Origin: Entomortierella parvispora E1425
Taxonomy: Eukaryota > Fungi > Mortierellomycota
Assembly (NCBI GenBank): GCA_020891255.1
Contig: BQFW01000014.1
Coordinates: forward strand, 1-64,000
Length of the DNA stretch: 64,000 bases
Reading direction: 5' to 3'
Shown here: in pieces, positions 11,201-23,252 of the stretch
How the letters are laid out: the number at the start of each line of letters is the position of its first letter
How positions within the stretch are numbered: the first letter of the stretch is position 1
Notes under the pieces: model-generated
Told to the model about the DNA's origin: nothing
Database searches by the model: none
Seen by the model: the letters and a program-made list of their open reading frames with translations, nothing else
Position numbers and translations under genes: made by a program

Positions 11201-13350
11201 CAAAGGCCCAGCTCGCTAGTCTTCTTCATCAGGATGTGGTCAAAGGCTCTGTTGCGACTTGTGTCGCCAATCTACCCATCGTATACATTAATGAAGACTT
11301 GCTTCGGAACAACAATCTGACGACGTGGACGAAGCGCCTCAGCGACTTTATGTATCGAATGACAACAGATTTATCCCAGTCAGCACTATTGACAGGGAAC
11401 TCACCCACGATGACCTCCGTGCCAAACTCGTCGGTGCTCACCCTCGACCGATTCCAACGTATCAAGGACATATTCTCTTTTATCATTCAGGGCGGGCCCT
11501 GGACGTAGAAGGAAGGGCTCCTGGAGTAGGTGGCGGTTGCATTTGACCTGATTCGAGGATGCGTGGACTCATAAGTGATCTATGGGTGGTCATGCTCATG
11601 GTAGCAGACCCTTTTTTTTTTTTTTTTTTTTTTTTTTTGGAGTACGGATCCCGAGTACTTTCGGCTTGGCACCAGCGTTACATACAGGCAACATGTTCTC
11701 GGGAGGCTGCTCGTAGGTGGAATCGGGATTTCATTATATCAGCAAACTTGAAAGGGATACTCCATGACAAGGTCGTCTCAAAAGACATTTTCAACGGCGC
11801 GATGCATCTACAAGAGATGTCCCTTGCAAATCAGATATCATTGGATTTGCACGGTACGGACTCCCAGGATTGAAGTCATGAGCTTGGGATAGATTATGAA
11901 TGTTCATTTCTATCATAATTTTAGGAACGACGAAGCTATTGTGCCGCCGCTCTTTCCTAAGGTATGCGAGTCTCGCTCCAATCTTACTTTTATAGTAGGG
12001 CGCACAGATCCAGAAACTGATGCTCCGGCAGGCATGATGTTTGCATTGTTCACCCAAGCTTTTAAGCAACTTTGCGTGCTGATGCAAGGAAGGTATGCTG
12101 AAGAGTTCAAGTGTCTAAATAAACAGCCTTGGGCATCGACATCAATCTTATGAGGCGGACAATTGATGTATCAGCTGCAGCCGAAGCCCCGAGGCATCTC
12201 AAGGACGAGCATCGTACAATGAACAACGGGGAGTAGGAGAGTATATCTTTGAGATCGCCATTACAAACCGACGGGAGAATTATCGGGGGACTTTTTGCAG
12301 CGGAATTTGAGACGGTGTTGAAGCAGGGTGAAGCGTTTAGGACGTTGGATGGTAGAAAGGCTGGAGTGCGCTCAACGTTTCAACGTTCCAGGACCTAATT
12401 GATTCAGCGCTAGTATAGTCTTTCTCGACTTGTAATAATAATCACCGCACCTTGCCAATGCAATATAAATCAACCTCAAGTTCTCAAGACTAGTGATCGA
12501 GAAACCAAAAGAATGAATCGCCAGTTGGGACAGATATTGAACTGCAAGGGGATAGTCTCCAAACTATTGGACTTGGCCGTGATGCCAGCAACTTTTTTGT
12601 TGTCAAATGTACTTCGACCGTTCGTTCACATGATGGATTCGTTGGGTCCTATCCTATCTATTCCATGAACGGGTGAATAGGATTATTATTTCTACATCTT
12701 CTCGCTGCTGCGATCCTTAGCCGAGGCAGCAGAGTGCCGATAGACTCCCAATCAATTCATCCGCACCGTAGGATCCATACATCGATAAGTAATGTTGACT
12801 TATTGCAGCGAAGGAACCATCATGTAGAAACAGGAGCAAGAAGTAGCAAACAGCTCTGCTTTTTGATCTTTTTTTTTCAGTACGTATTCTGCTTTTGTAT
12901 ATGACATTGGATCATGAGCCGTTGTTCAAAGATGAAATGAACTTCTGATTAGCATCCTGGCGGTGGTGTCTGGGCTGAAACGACATGAAATGAGAGACCT
13001 CAAACAAGGCCCAGGGCCATGACTTCAGACTTGAAAGCTAGAGGCACGTTGCTCCCATATAAAGCCCGTGGCGGTCAATTGGTATCACCAGGATCCTAGC
13101 AATCCTGAACTGTCGACAAAAAACAAGGGCTCTGGTATGAACCCCATTCACTTGTAGCACCTTTTACAACGGGTCAACAGAATCTACAATGATGATTCAC
13201 TCCTATATTTCCACGGGACATTGTTTTAACTGTTGCCTTGCGACGGCCCTTGTTCATTGAATGAGTCTTTCACAGATTTGGCGCGATATTCATGATGTTG
13301 TAGAACTCTTTATCGCAGACAACGAGGTTAACTTCAGGAAACTACTTTGA
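8250..13350 (+). pseudogene. Large decayed multi-exon gene of unknown family
   Basis: Phase-compatible GT..AG introns join protein-like blocks (PENLDDHTDFIAQGPPS|GVMVGYQGVNV..SDVP|VALTAIG; ITDRVRDLTYGLLYLQLLILEYR; ORF 11059-11508; final block IWRDIHDVVELFIADNEVNFRKLL* ending 13350); many stops, frameshifts and a 14-bp duplication near 10290; 5' limit uncertain. Confidence 0.55.
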
Positions 13351-13389
13351 CTAGCCAACTCGACCTGTTTTACTTGTTCAATTGCTTCA

Positions 13390-13940
13390 GCCTGGCGTTG
13401 TCAATTGTCCACTCCTACTCTTCTGCGAGTCTTTGGTTCACGAGTTTTCTCCACGGATGCGGCGGCGGTTTGATTCCATGTGTTCATGACCCAACTCCCC
13501 TTGCTGCAAGGCTGCTTGCCTAGAGAGTTTTGAGCTCCCCCTCTCCTCGGTTGATCCAATCTGGAGGTACCCAATTGCTTTTGCGATGTGGTAAAGGTCA
13601 TCACCGTCCTCCTTTTCGTATCACTCTCGTTGGCGAAGCCAGCCCTTGCAAAAGTAGTGTGAGGATGAAGATAAGTGCAAAGAGGGAGGAATCCCAGGAA
13701 GAAGAGGTCGTAGGACAGCGGGACAGCGCACAGTGACGCTGAGCGCAGATGCATCCATACCTCGGGCACCTTTACACCCCAAACGGCCGCGTTGTTTCGA
13801 ACAGGAACAAAGATGAGAGAATCTGACCGAGATTTTCATTGATTCCAACAATCACGATGCTCTACTGTATAGTACTGTCGTGCCATCCTGCTGTCCTGTC
13901 GTCATTGCAGGTTGTTCCGAAGATGATCCACCTCCTCTCA
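13390..13940 (-). pseudogene. Small decayed spliced gene, head-to-head with RHO1
   Basis: Phase-0 intron 13760-13645 (GTATGG..CTCAC..GCAAG) joins SDSLIFVPVRNNAAVWGVKVPE to GWLRQRE*YEKEDGDDLYHIAKAIGYLQIG; all in-frame stops are TGA. Confidence 0.4.
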
Positions 13941-14681
13941 CACACAGACACAGTCGAGAGTGAGAAAAGAAAGAGAGAAAACTGATTCCATCAGAGCGCC
14001 ATTCGTGACACGACCAAGACGACCACAACAACCCGACCGACGAACGACAGCAGCAGCAGGAGCAGCAGCAGGCAAGGACTGTAGCAGGCAGCGGGAGAGC
14101 AGAGCACGACCAACTAGTTGTTATTATTATTGAAATGTAGGCTCTCTCGGCTGTGTCGCACATTCGGTCGCTCCACTCCGTGTTTTTTCTGTGGTGCCTT
14201 TTTTTATTTTTTTTCTTTTCTTTTGGCGCTCGTATGTCATCCTGCCCCTCTGGCTGGGACAAGACAGGACAGGACGGACACACAGACACAGGACAGACAG
14301 GCGAGGCGAGACTGGTCTGCTCCGCTCCGCTCCAAGGCGCATCACACCGCGACCTTTTTTTTTTCTTCTCATTTTTCTTTTCTTTGTTCTTTTGATTCTT
14401 TGCTTCTGATCATCATCTTCATCCATCCCCCCGCCCCCATCTATCCCTCCATCCCCCTCATCTGTCCATCCCCGCCTCTCTCCCTCCTTTCAATCTCTCC
14501 AGCAAAACCCCCACTCTTGTTAGTATCATTTTATGGCCGTGTCGTCATCCATGGCACATTACTGTGCAACATCCACTTCTCAAAACGATTACAAGGCCCC
14601 AGGCCCTTCACTGCTCCTCATGCTAACTCATCTTGTGTATCTTCTTTTGCCCACCGATAGATACTATAGACATTCTACAAG

Positions 14682-15875
14682 ATGACCGAAATCCGTCGCA
14701 AGCTCGTGATTGTGGGCGATGGTGCCTGTGGCAAAACCTGCCTGTTGATTGTCTTCTCAAAGGGAACTTTCCCCGAGGTAAAAAAAAAAAAAGCGACTTC
14801 GCTTCCCGCTCTGAGTGTCGTGTTGGCCTGCGGTCCACAATGATGACCACCCCCTCGTAGTCAATACCACTCACTCCTTCTTTCCTTTTCTCGAAACAAT
14901 AGATTTACGTACCCACAGTGTTTGAGAACTACGTGACCGATGTGGAGGTCGATGGCAAGCATGTTGAGCTTGCGCTTTGGGATACTGCTGGTAAATGCCC
15001 CGAATTGTTCAATGGCGTGACAACTGAAGCACAATCATGCTGTTTGGACTCTCAAACAGAGGGCGGTGCTGAACAATGGAGAAATGGCGCCGCACAGCCC
15101 GCTGAGGGCTTCCTTGGCAAACCAGACTGCAGACAGGCGGATGGACAGCGGACAGAGGACACGCCTGGACCCAAAACTGGGCCACTCTCACCCCAAGAAT
15201 ATTCTGCTCCCCTGGACTGCGTGAGCTGTATTGCTAACATCCTCCTCCTTTGTGGTGCTCGTTATTCCTCTAGGCCAGGAGGACTATGATCGCCTGCGCC
15301 CTCTCTCGTACCCTGACTCTCATGTGATCCTCATCTGCTTTGCTATCGACTCTCCCGACTCGCTCGAGAACGTCCAGGAAAAGGTACGACCATCAACATA
15401 CACTCACGCACCGTTAGGATTGTCTTTCAGTCTCCCCTAACTTTTGGTTTGTTTTCCAACTGCAGTGGTTCTCTGAGGTTCAGCACTTTTGCGGAGGCCT
15501 CCCTATCTTGTTGGTTGCTTGCAAGAAGGATTTGAGATACGACCAGCGCACCATCGAGGAACTCAGGAGGAGCAATCAGGCTCCCGTCAGCCCCGAGCGA
15601 GTAAGTCCTGCCGAACTTGGTTGATTTCCCAGAATGGCATGAAGTTGTTGTTTTCTCTCTGTTGCAACCCTGTTGCAACCCTCCGCTAACACACCATTGT
15701 ATCGTCCAACTAGGGAGCTGAGGTTGCTCGTCATATCAAGGCCAGGGACTACCTTGAGTGCTCTGCCAAGACTGGCGAGGGTGTCCGTGAGGTTTTCGAG
15801 GGCGCCACCCGGGCCTCTCTCCTTGCCAAGCCCAAGGGCGGTCGTCGCACCAACAAGACCTGCCTTGTCCTTTAA
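14682..15875 (+). CDS. RHO1: Rho1/RhoA small GTPase, 5 exons
   Basis: [22 protein letters not shown]; YVPTVFENY; [20 protein letters not shown]; CKKDL; ECSAKTG; C-terminal CAAX CLVL*. Confidence 0.98.
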
Positions 15876-16057
15876 AATCATGGAACAAGGAAGCTCACTT
15901 ACGGTCCCATCACTCTCTTTTCCTATTCCCGCTCAACAGCAGACTCTCAAGTCTGTTTTAGTCCAGCTCGTAGCAAGTTACCAATGCAATGAACCCTCCA
16001 AAGAATGAATCGACATATCGAGAAAAACAAAAAAAATCTTGATGAAAAGAGTAAATT

Positions 16058-17130
16058 CTATGATATGATGCTTTACTTTTTATTGCCACAGACCAACAGA
16101 TCTGTTTCTGGGTTCAGGCGGTTCAAGCGGCCCCACCAGGGAGCGTGCATGGGCATCGACTCTGGGTCCCAGGCTGGATAGCGGGTCCGAACAATGGTCA
16201 TTATCTGCTCAAAAATCAACTGGAAGAGAGAAGAAACTTCACAATTCAGAACTTTTGCGTGAGGCAGTAATCAGATTTGTCTCCGAGTCAACAAAACTTA
16301 CATCGTTCCCAGCAGCTGCAAGATGGACACCATCCTTCAGATAATCGTTCAGATCTCGACGTCCAGCGTCGATCTCGGCCATCATCAAACCCCAGGTGTC
16401 AACTACATCTACCTGGTGGTGCTCCAACGCATGCTCTACATTCCTTTGCTGGTACTGGCGGCCTAGCTTCAAGAATCTTTCAGCATAGGCACGCGTCACG
16501 TCTTTGTCCCTGTCCATGGCCATAGCTCTCTCCTTTCGTCGGATTGCCCAACGATCCTCATCGATAACAGGCGGCCCGATAAGGATAATACGAACATGAG
16601 GAGCATATGTAGGTGACTCTGGGTTGTGAACCATTCCAATTAGAGTATGCAAGTTTTGCTCATATCGATCCAAGGCCACATGCTGAGGCGACACTGGCAA
16701 ACAAGCGTCGTTTGCTCCGAGGAAGATGGTCAGGAATTGGATTTTCGATATCGCGGATTCATTCTGCCGAGGAAGGAACTGAGGGAGAAGATGAATTGCC
16801 TGCTCAGTGGTGTAGCCTACAGAAGAAACAAAAAAGGCAAGATCAGTCGCTGAAAACCACCTTGAGGATGCCTGCGTCGTTGTCGTCCAGACCTATACCT
16901 GAGAAGCCGCGGTTGACAATATCCAACCGACGCTGGAAGAGGTGGGCAAGCTGGGCGCCAAAGCCACGCTCGTCCACATCAAACGAGTACTACAGAATAT
17001 CAAACGATTCGAGGGTGAGTAATCAGAAGTTTGAAGCGGATGGGATGACACAGCTCTGAAATCAGGAATGTACCTGAGTGATCGAGTCACCAAGGAGCAC
17101 AAAGCTGTCGAATGAGGTATGCTGGAGCAT
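16058..17130 (-). CDS. IAH1: SGNH/GDSL isoamyl-acetate-hydrolysing esterase, 4 exons
   Basis: Block I LLGDSITQ, block II NRGFSGY, block III FLGANDA, block V DGVH; GT-AG introns keep frame. Confidence 0.93.
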
Positions 17131-17286
17131 GATGAGCGAAGAATGGATGCGAGATGGAAGGTTTGGAGCCTCAAAGCCAAAGGCGCAAAAGTGGTGGCGC
17201 AGACGCCACGACATAAAGGACTGTCTCCTCTACGTGCACCATGGCCATTCTTCGTCCTTCTCTCTTTTCCCATTCTCAACTTCGCC

Positions 17287-19024
17287 ATGGCCGCAGTCAA
17301 CCAGGACACCACCTCAGTGGTGATCAACCAGTCGAACAACTCGGGTCTGCATATTGCAATGTATGAACAGGTTCACCTCTGCACCTCACTGAGCTCACCA
17401 CCTACCAACTTGAACATGGACGAAAGCGAGAGCCAGGACCTTGGCTTTTTTTTTTCTTGTTGCTGGACGTTGGGAGTTCTTATGAGGAAGCTGGACCCGG
17501 AAGACTTCAAGCACTGACAAAATTGCGACGCAACGCAACGGACATCAATGTTGATAGCTCGCCATTGACCGACATTGAACTGCAGAGAACATGATGTACT
17601 CACGCCAATGACGCGTCCCTTGACATCAACACAACATAGCCATCCATTGACCCTGCTGAACATCTCAGACCATTACACGCGAACAGTGCTCCAGCAAGGA
17701 GACGGGAAACCAGTTCATGGTATGATCAAGACTCTCCTATTCCAAACGTCAGTCTGGAGGTACGCTTGCGCTGACCGTTTTCTCTTTCTGTCTCTGTGCC
17801 ATAGTCATTGGCGCTTTGCTCGGAATTCAGGCAGGGCGCGAAGTCGAGATTTTCAACTCATATGAATTACTCTTCCATCTTCGAGCGGACGGTTCTATCC
17901 ACATCAACGAGGAGTACTTTGTGACAAAGCAAGAACAATGTAGGTTCTCTGCATACTTTACAGCCTCTTCCTGGCCCCATCCATCGCTGACACATATCGC
18001 TCTCCTTGCAATGCCCCAACAGTTCGCCAGGTGTTCCCAGCGTATGACTTTCTCGGATGGTACTCCATCGGCTACAAGCCATCTATGATTGACATTGATG
18101 TTCTCCAACAGGTACCATGAAGGACTGCGTTGATATTGCTGCCTACAGTCGCAAGTACCCTCAAGCTAATATGACTACTCTCTAACTGGATGATATAGTT
18201 GATGACCTACAATGAGAGTCCGCTCTTCTTGCAGTTGGATCCGAATGAAATATCCACCCCAGCTCACTCACTTCCCATCACTGTCTATGAGTCGATCGTG
18301 GATATCGTCGACAACCAGCCCCAACCAATGTTTATTAAAGCTGCGTACAAGGTCGAGACAGGAGAAGCAGAGAGAATCGCGGTTGACCACGTTGCACATG
18401 CCGCAACGCACCAGGAGGGCGAAAGCTCGCTTGTATCGCACCTGTCTGGACAACAAAACGCTATCAAAATGCTGCACACCCGCATCAAGCTTTTGCACGA
18501 GTACCTCCAAGACTCTGTCCAAGGTACACTCTCGCCTTTCAAATGTGTAGCCAAGTGATTTAAGGATGCTCAGTTGTATTTTGTGATCATTTTCATAGGC
18601 CGAGTTCCCAAGGATCGCGATCTGGAGAGGCAGATTTCCAGTCTTTGCAATCTATTGCCCACAATTGCCGGCCCTGCCTTCGAGGAGGAATTTCTCACAG
18701 TATGATATGATATAATTGCTTTTTGTGCATCGTTCTTTTTTTTTTTTTTTTTCAAACATGGGCTAAAACTACGTGCTGATATGATGATATGATCGTCTAC
18801 GATAGGAATACAACGATGTGTTGTTGACTTCATATCTTGCAACCGTGACCAAGGGCACCCATGCCATGAGCGAGGTATTCATTCTGGGAAGATGCTCTTT
18901 ATTCATAGTAAGCAGAGGCTCATACATTCTTCTATCTTCTTTCGCGTGTTAGATGGTGGACAAGTTCAATATCGTGGCCAACCAATCCCATTCTGGCCGA
19001 CCCCGCCGAGGCATGATGGGATAG
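17287..19024 (+). CDS. CSN6: COP9 signalosome subunit 6 (MPN-minus), multi-exon
   Basis: IHPLTLLNISDHYTR; GALLGIQAGREVEIFNSYEL; GWYS; VETGEAERIAVDHVA; EYNDVLLTSYLA. Confidence 0.95.
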
Positions 19025-19272
19025 CCAACCGCAAACTAGCGTCGACAGGCTGACACATTACCCACTGAACCTCATTCTAGCAGTCTTGACCAAAGCTCAG
19101 AATGAAATACCATCAACCCGTCAATAAATGGATGAAATGTTGACACCATGTTTCCATGGTTCTTTTTTTTTTCTTGCAAAGAAAATAATTATAATATTGT
19201 TGCATGTATAGTATTGATAAATGAATGAAAGGAAGGGAGCAGCCTTATAAATGTGTATATGCGACGGCCACT

Positions 19273-22229
19273 TTAGGCCTTCAAAGCCTCGAGAGCCTTG
19301 ATCTTGAGTCCGACCTGGCGGACTTGATCGATCGAGGACCAAACGCGCTTCTGCTGGATGGCACGAACCTTGCGAGCAGCAAGCTTATCCTTGCGGGCCT
19401 TGGTGGGCCAGGCGTGAGCAGTGAACTCGAAGTTCCAGTGCTTGAAGATGAAGACCTTGACAAAGTCCAGGAAGACGAAGTAGACCAAGGAGATGGCAAT
19501 GACAACAATACCCCAGATCCAGCCGATAGCCTCACCGACAATGACACCATAGACACAGATCAACATGGCGAAGACCTGGGTACCCATGACGGCAATGAAG
19601 AAGATAGGCGAAGGCATGTTCTCCCAGAAGTATCCAGAGAGACGAGTCGAGAAAATGACGAAATGAGGTGCGGACGAGATGTGCAAATACATGATAGCCT
19701 CCAATTGCTTCTCAGAGACATGCATCACATCTCTGGAGATGAAGAAATGGGCGAAGGAGAGGGCAGTGAGCAAGGCACCGAGAACGATGGACAAGAAGAT
19801 GAGCTGACCGATTCTCCACTTGTCGGGGTGGGCAGAGATCTTGGCGTTATCAACCGAGATGACCAAGGTGGCGGCGTCGTTAAGAATGCAAATGAGAATA
19901 AGCAGGATGGGCTTCATTCTCCACTGGAGAGCCATGGTGATGCAGAAGAAGAACATCAAAAAATGGACGGTGGAGGTGATACGATACAAGGCGTAGGAAC
20001 GCATGCGCTGGAAAATGGCACGGGAAGTCATCAAACCATCGACAATAGTCGACAAACCGGGAGCGAGCAACACAATATCGGCAGCGGAACGGGCAGCATC
20101 AGTGCATCCGTGGACAGCAATACCGACGTTGGCCTTCTTGAGGGCTGGGGCGTCGTTGACACCATCACCGGTCATACCGACGAGGATACCACGGTTCTGG
20201 AGCAATTCCACGACACGGTACTTGTGCTCGGGAATAACCTGAGCGAAACCGTCAGCGCGGATGCAGTGCTCGGTAATCTCATCTTCAGTCTTGTCGGCAT
20301 CGACCAAGTGTCCGGCATCCAAGATAACACGACCCATACCAAGACGGTGGGCAACCTCCTTGGCAATGATCTGCTGGTCACCAGTAATCATCTTGACATC
20401 GACACCCATATCGTTACAGCGGCGAATGGTCTCGCCGGAATCGGGACGGGGGGGATCAATCAGGGAAATCATACCGACCAACTCGTACTCCTCGAGTGAG
20501 CCAGGCTTGGTACGGGCGACACCCAAGGCACGGAGACCGCGCTTGGCAAGAGAGTTGACGGCACGGACAGCATCATCATCACCACCCACGAGACGGACAA
20601 TAACCTGGGGGGCACCCTTGGCGACCTTGAAGGACTCCTGGGTGTCCAAATTCATAACGGTGGCCTGGGTCATCTTGGTGGAGGGGTTGAAGGGCAAGAA
20701 AGAGGTGACCTTGTATCCGGGGACATCGTGCTTGTGGGTACGGTTCTTCAAGATCTCAAGTTGCTCCTCAGCAGCGGTACGGACAGCAAACTCAATGGGA
20801 TCGTTGGCACCGGGCTCGGCAGCGAGGTAAGAGTAAAGGAGGATATCCTCGGAGGTGTAGTTGTTCGTCAAGTAGGGCTCATCGAAGGTCAACTCGTTCA
20901 AAGTGAGGGTTCCAGTCTTATCGGAGCAGAGAACAGAGACAGAAGCCATCTCCTCGACGGCTGTGAGACGCTTGACAATAACCTTGCGGAGAGCGAGCTC
21001 CTTGGCACCCATGGCCATGGTAACAGACATAACGGTAGGGAGACCGACGGGAATGGCAGCAATGGTAAGGACGAGAACCTGCTCGAGAACATGCTTGAAG
21101 GAACCCTCTTTAGTACCACGGTTCTTGACCAAGAGGAAGATCAAGATGATGACGACGAGAACAACAGTGATAAGAATCAAAAAGTTTCCGATACGGTTAA
21201 TGATCTTCTGGAAATGACCCTCCTCCTGGGCGACGGCCATCAAACCAGCGGCACGACCAATGAAGGTGTCACCACCAGTCTTGGTGACAACAGCCATCTG
21301 CTGGCCCTGCTTGACGATCGAAGAAGAGTAGACAGTAGCGCCCTTGTTCTTGCTGAGAGGCAAAGACTCGCCAGTAAGAGCAGACTGATCAACTTGGAGG
21401 TCACCCTCAGTGGCCTCACCGGTAGCACCGATACCGAGGAGACGACCATCGGCGGGGATAATATCTCCAAGACGAAGGACAATGACATCACCAGGAACGA
21501 GCTCGGAGGTGTCGAGCTCGACCAAGTGACCGTTACGCCAGCAGCGGGTCTTGAGGGCAAGGGTCTGCTTGAGGGCATCAAGGGCAGACTCTGCCTTGGA
21601 CTCCTCAACGAAACCAATGGTGGCATTGATGAACAAAAGGGCAAGAATAATACCGAAATCGGCCCAGTCCTAATGGCAATTGAAAAAAAAAAAAAGAAAT
21701 CGCATCAGTCAACAGCGGTCGGACAAACGACATTTCGCGCTGCTTGTGCAACCAGCAAAAAGCCGGGCATTCGCAAAATGGATTGTGAGCCCGCAGTTAT
21801 TGCCCAGTGCACAGCACAAGTGTATTTTCGGGAAAGAAAAAGCGAAGGGGGAACAGGCAGTAGAGCACAGACACAAACAAAGGGGAGAGAAAGAGACTGA
21901 ATACTTACACCGACAACGGCAGAGCAAATAACAGCAATCTCGATAAGGTAGGCAATGGCACCGGTGAAGTAACTCAAGAACTTGAGGAGAGGGTGGCGCT
22001 TCTTCTCGACCAACTCATTACGACCGAAGGTGGCACGGCGACGCTCGACCTCATCATCAGACAAACCCTGGAGAGGGTCAGTTTGGAGGAGGGCTTCGAG
22101 CTCGGGAGAGATCTCCTCGACGTGCTCGTGGTGGACCTGTTCCTCGATTTCGACATTGCCGACTTTTTCGTCCTTGTTGCCAACCTGGTGAGATCCAGGC
22201 TGATTTTGGAGCTCAATCTTTTCACTCAT
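19273..22229 (-). CDS. PMA1: Plasma-membrane H+-ATPase (P3A); one coding intron 21908-21670
   Basis: DQSALTGES, IPVGLP, CSDKTGTLT phosphorylation site, KGAP, DPPR, MITGD, TGDGVNDAPALK. Confidence 0.98.
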
Positions 22230-22248
22230 GGTATTATCTCTTTATGAA

Positions 22249-22642
22249 CTATCGAATAGATGCGGCGACAAAGAGAATGGAGTCTAAGGAGAGAGTTGGT
22301 GTTGTGGTAGGAAGAACGGGGTTATTAAATGTTTACAGGAGAAGGGGTGGGTTTGATGCTGCGAGATGAGTGGATGGAGGTCGTGATCGAAGATGATTGC
22401 AGTCTGTGGATGTGTTGAATGTAAGAGGGCCGATGAGGAGCGAGACAAAGTGGGCGGTCGTGTGCAGGTGAAAGGTTGTGTCCAGCAATGTTCGTGAAGG
22501 AGCTGTCGCTGCTTTTTTGTGTGTTTGGCAAAGTGGGATCCGTCGAGAAATCCCGAAAAGATGAAGAGTTGAAGGTAGAAAGGGTCGGCCAGGCAGATGC
22601 TGATGGCGTAAATAAGGGGCAGGCTGGACTGATAAGACTTAC
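22249..22642 (-). promoter_or_regulatory. Probable 394-bp 5'-UTR intron of PMA1
   Basis: GTAAGT donor at 22642 and TAG acceptor at 22249, 20 nt upstream of the ATG; minus-strand TATAAA near 23040. Confidence 0.5.
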
Positions 22643-23252
22643 AGTTGTGGTAGGGGAGGGAGGCGAGGGAGGGAGGGAGGGAGGGAGGGAGGAAGACGAA
22701 GGGTGAAGAAGAAAAGAAAGAAGAAAGAAGAGAAAGAGAGGAAGATAAAAAAAACAGCGAGGGAGAAGAGAAAAAAAAACAGAGGAACTGAGCTGGTCTA
22801 TTCTATCCAAGGATACAATACAAAGAAGGCTTTCTACTGTCACGCAGTGCGCAACAAACACAGGCTGAGCAATACTGAAGGCGGTGGGGCCTGTAACTGA
22901 GAGAATGGAATGGGTCGTAGAACAAGGAAGGGCGGAACAACAAGGTGGGGTTGTGGGATGAGTATGAAATCAGAGACAAGGAAGAGAAACGGAAAAGAAT
23001 GTTTTTCTTCTGATCACCCTATGGCCCAACGGGCCTTTATATTCAATCAATTGATTGAGCTGGACGCTGCCAGCTTGCTGGACATGCTGGCTGGGCGTCG
23101 CTTTTCTACTCTGCCGTACCTCCGGCGGTTGTAGATGTGGCGACGACCTGGCTCTCTTGTGCTACTGCCAATTTTGCGCACAAAGGGGTGAGATCATGGC
23201 GGTAGAAGGATTGGCAAGGTGATGATCCCGATGGTGACGGAGTGACACGGCA

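Noticed and set aside
13390-13940. Selenoprotein
   Set aside because: Too many TGAs, none in a CxxU-like redox context, and no SECIS recognisable by eye; CGA->TGA decay is simpler.
19225-21900. Long + strand ORFs (424, 189 and 390 aa)
   Set aside because: Antisense shadows of PMA1 caused by strong codon bias; no motifs of their own.
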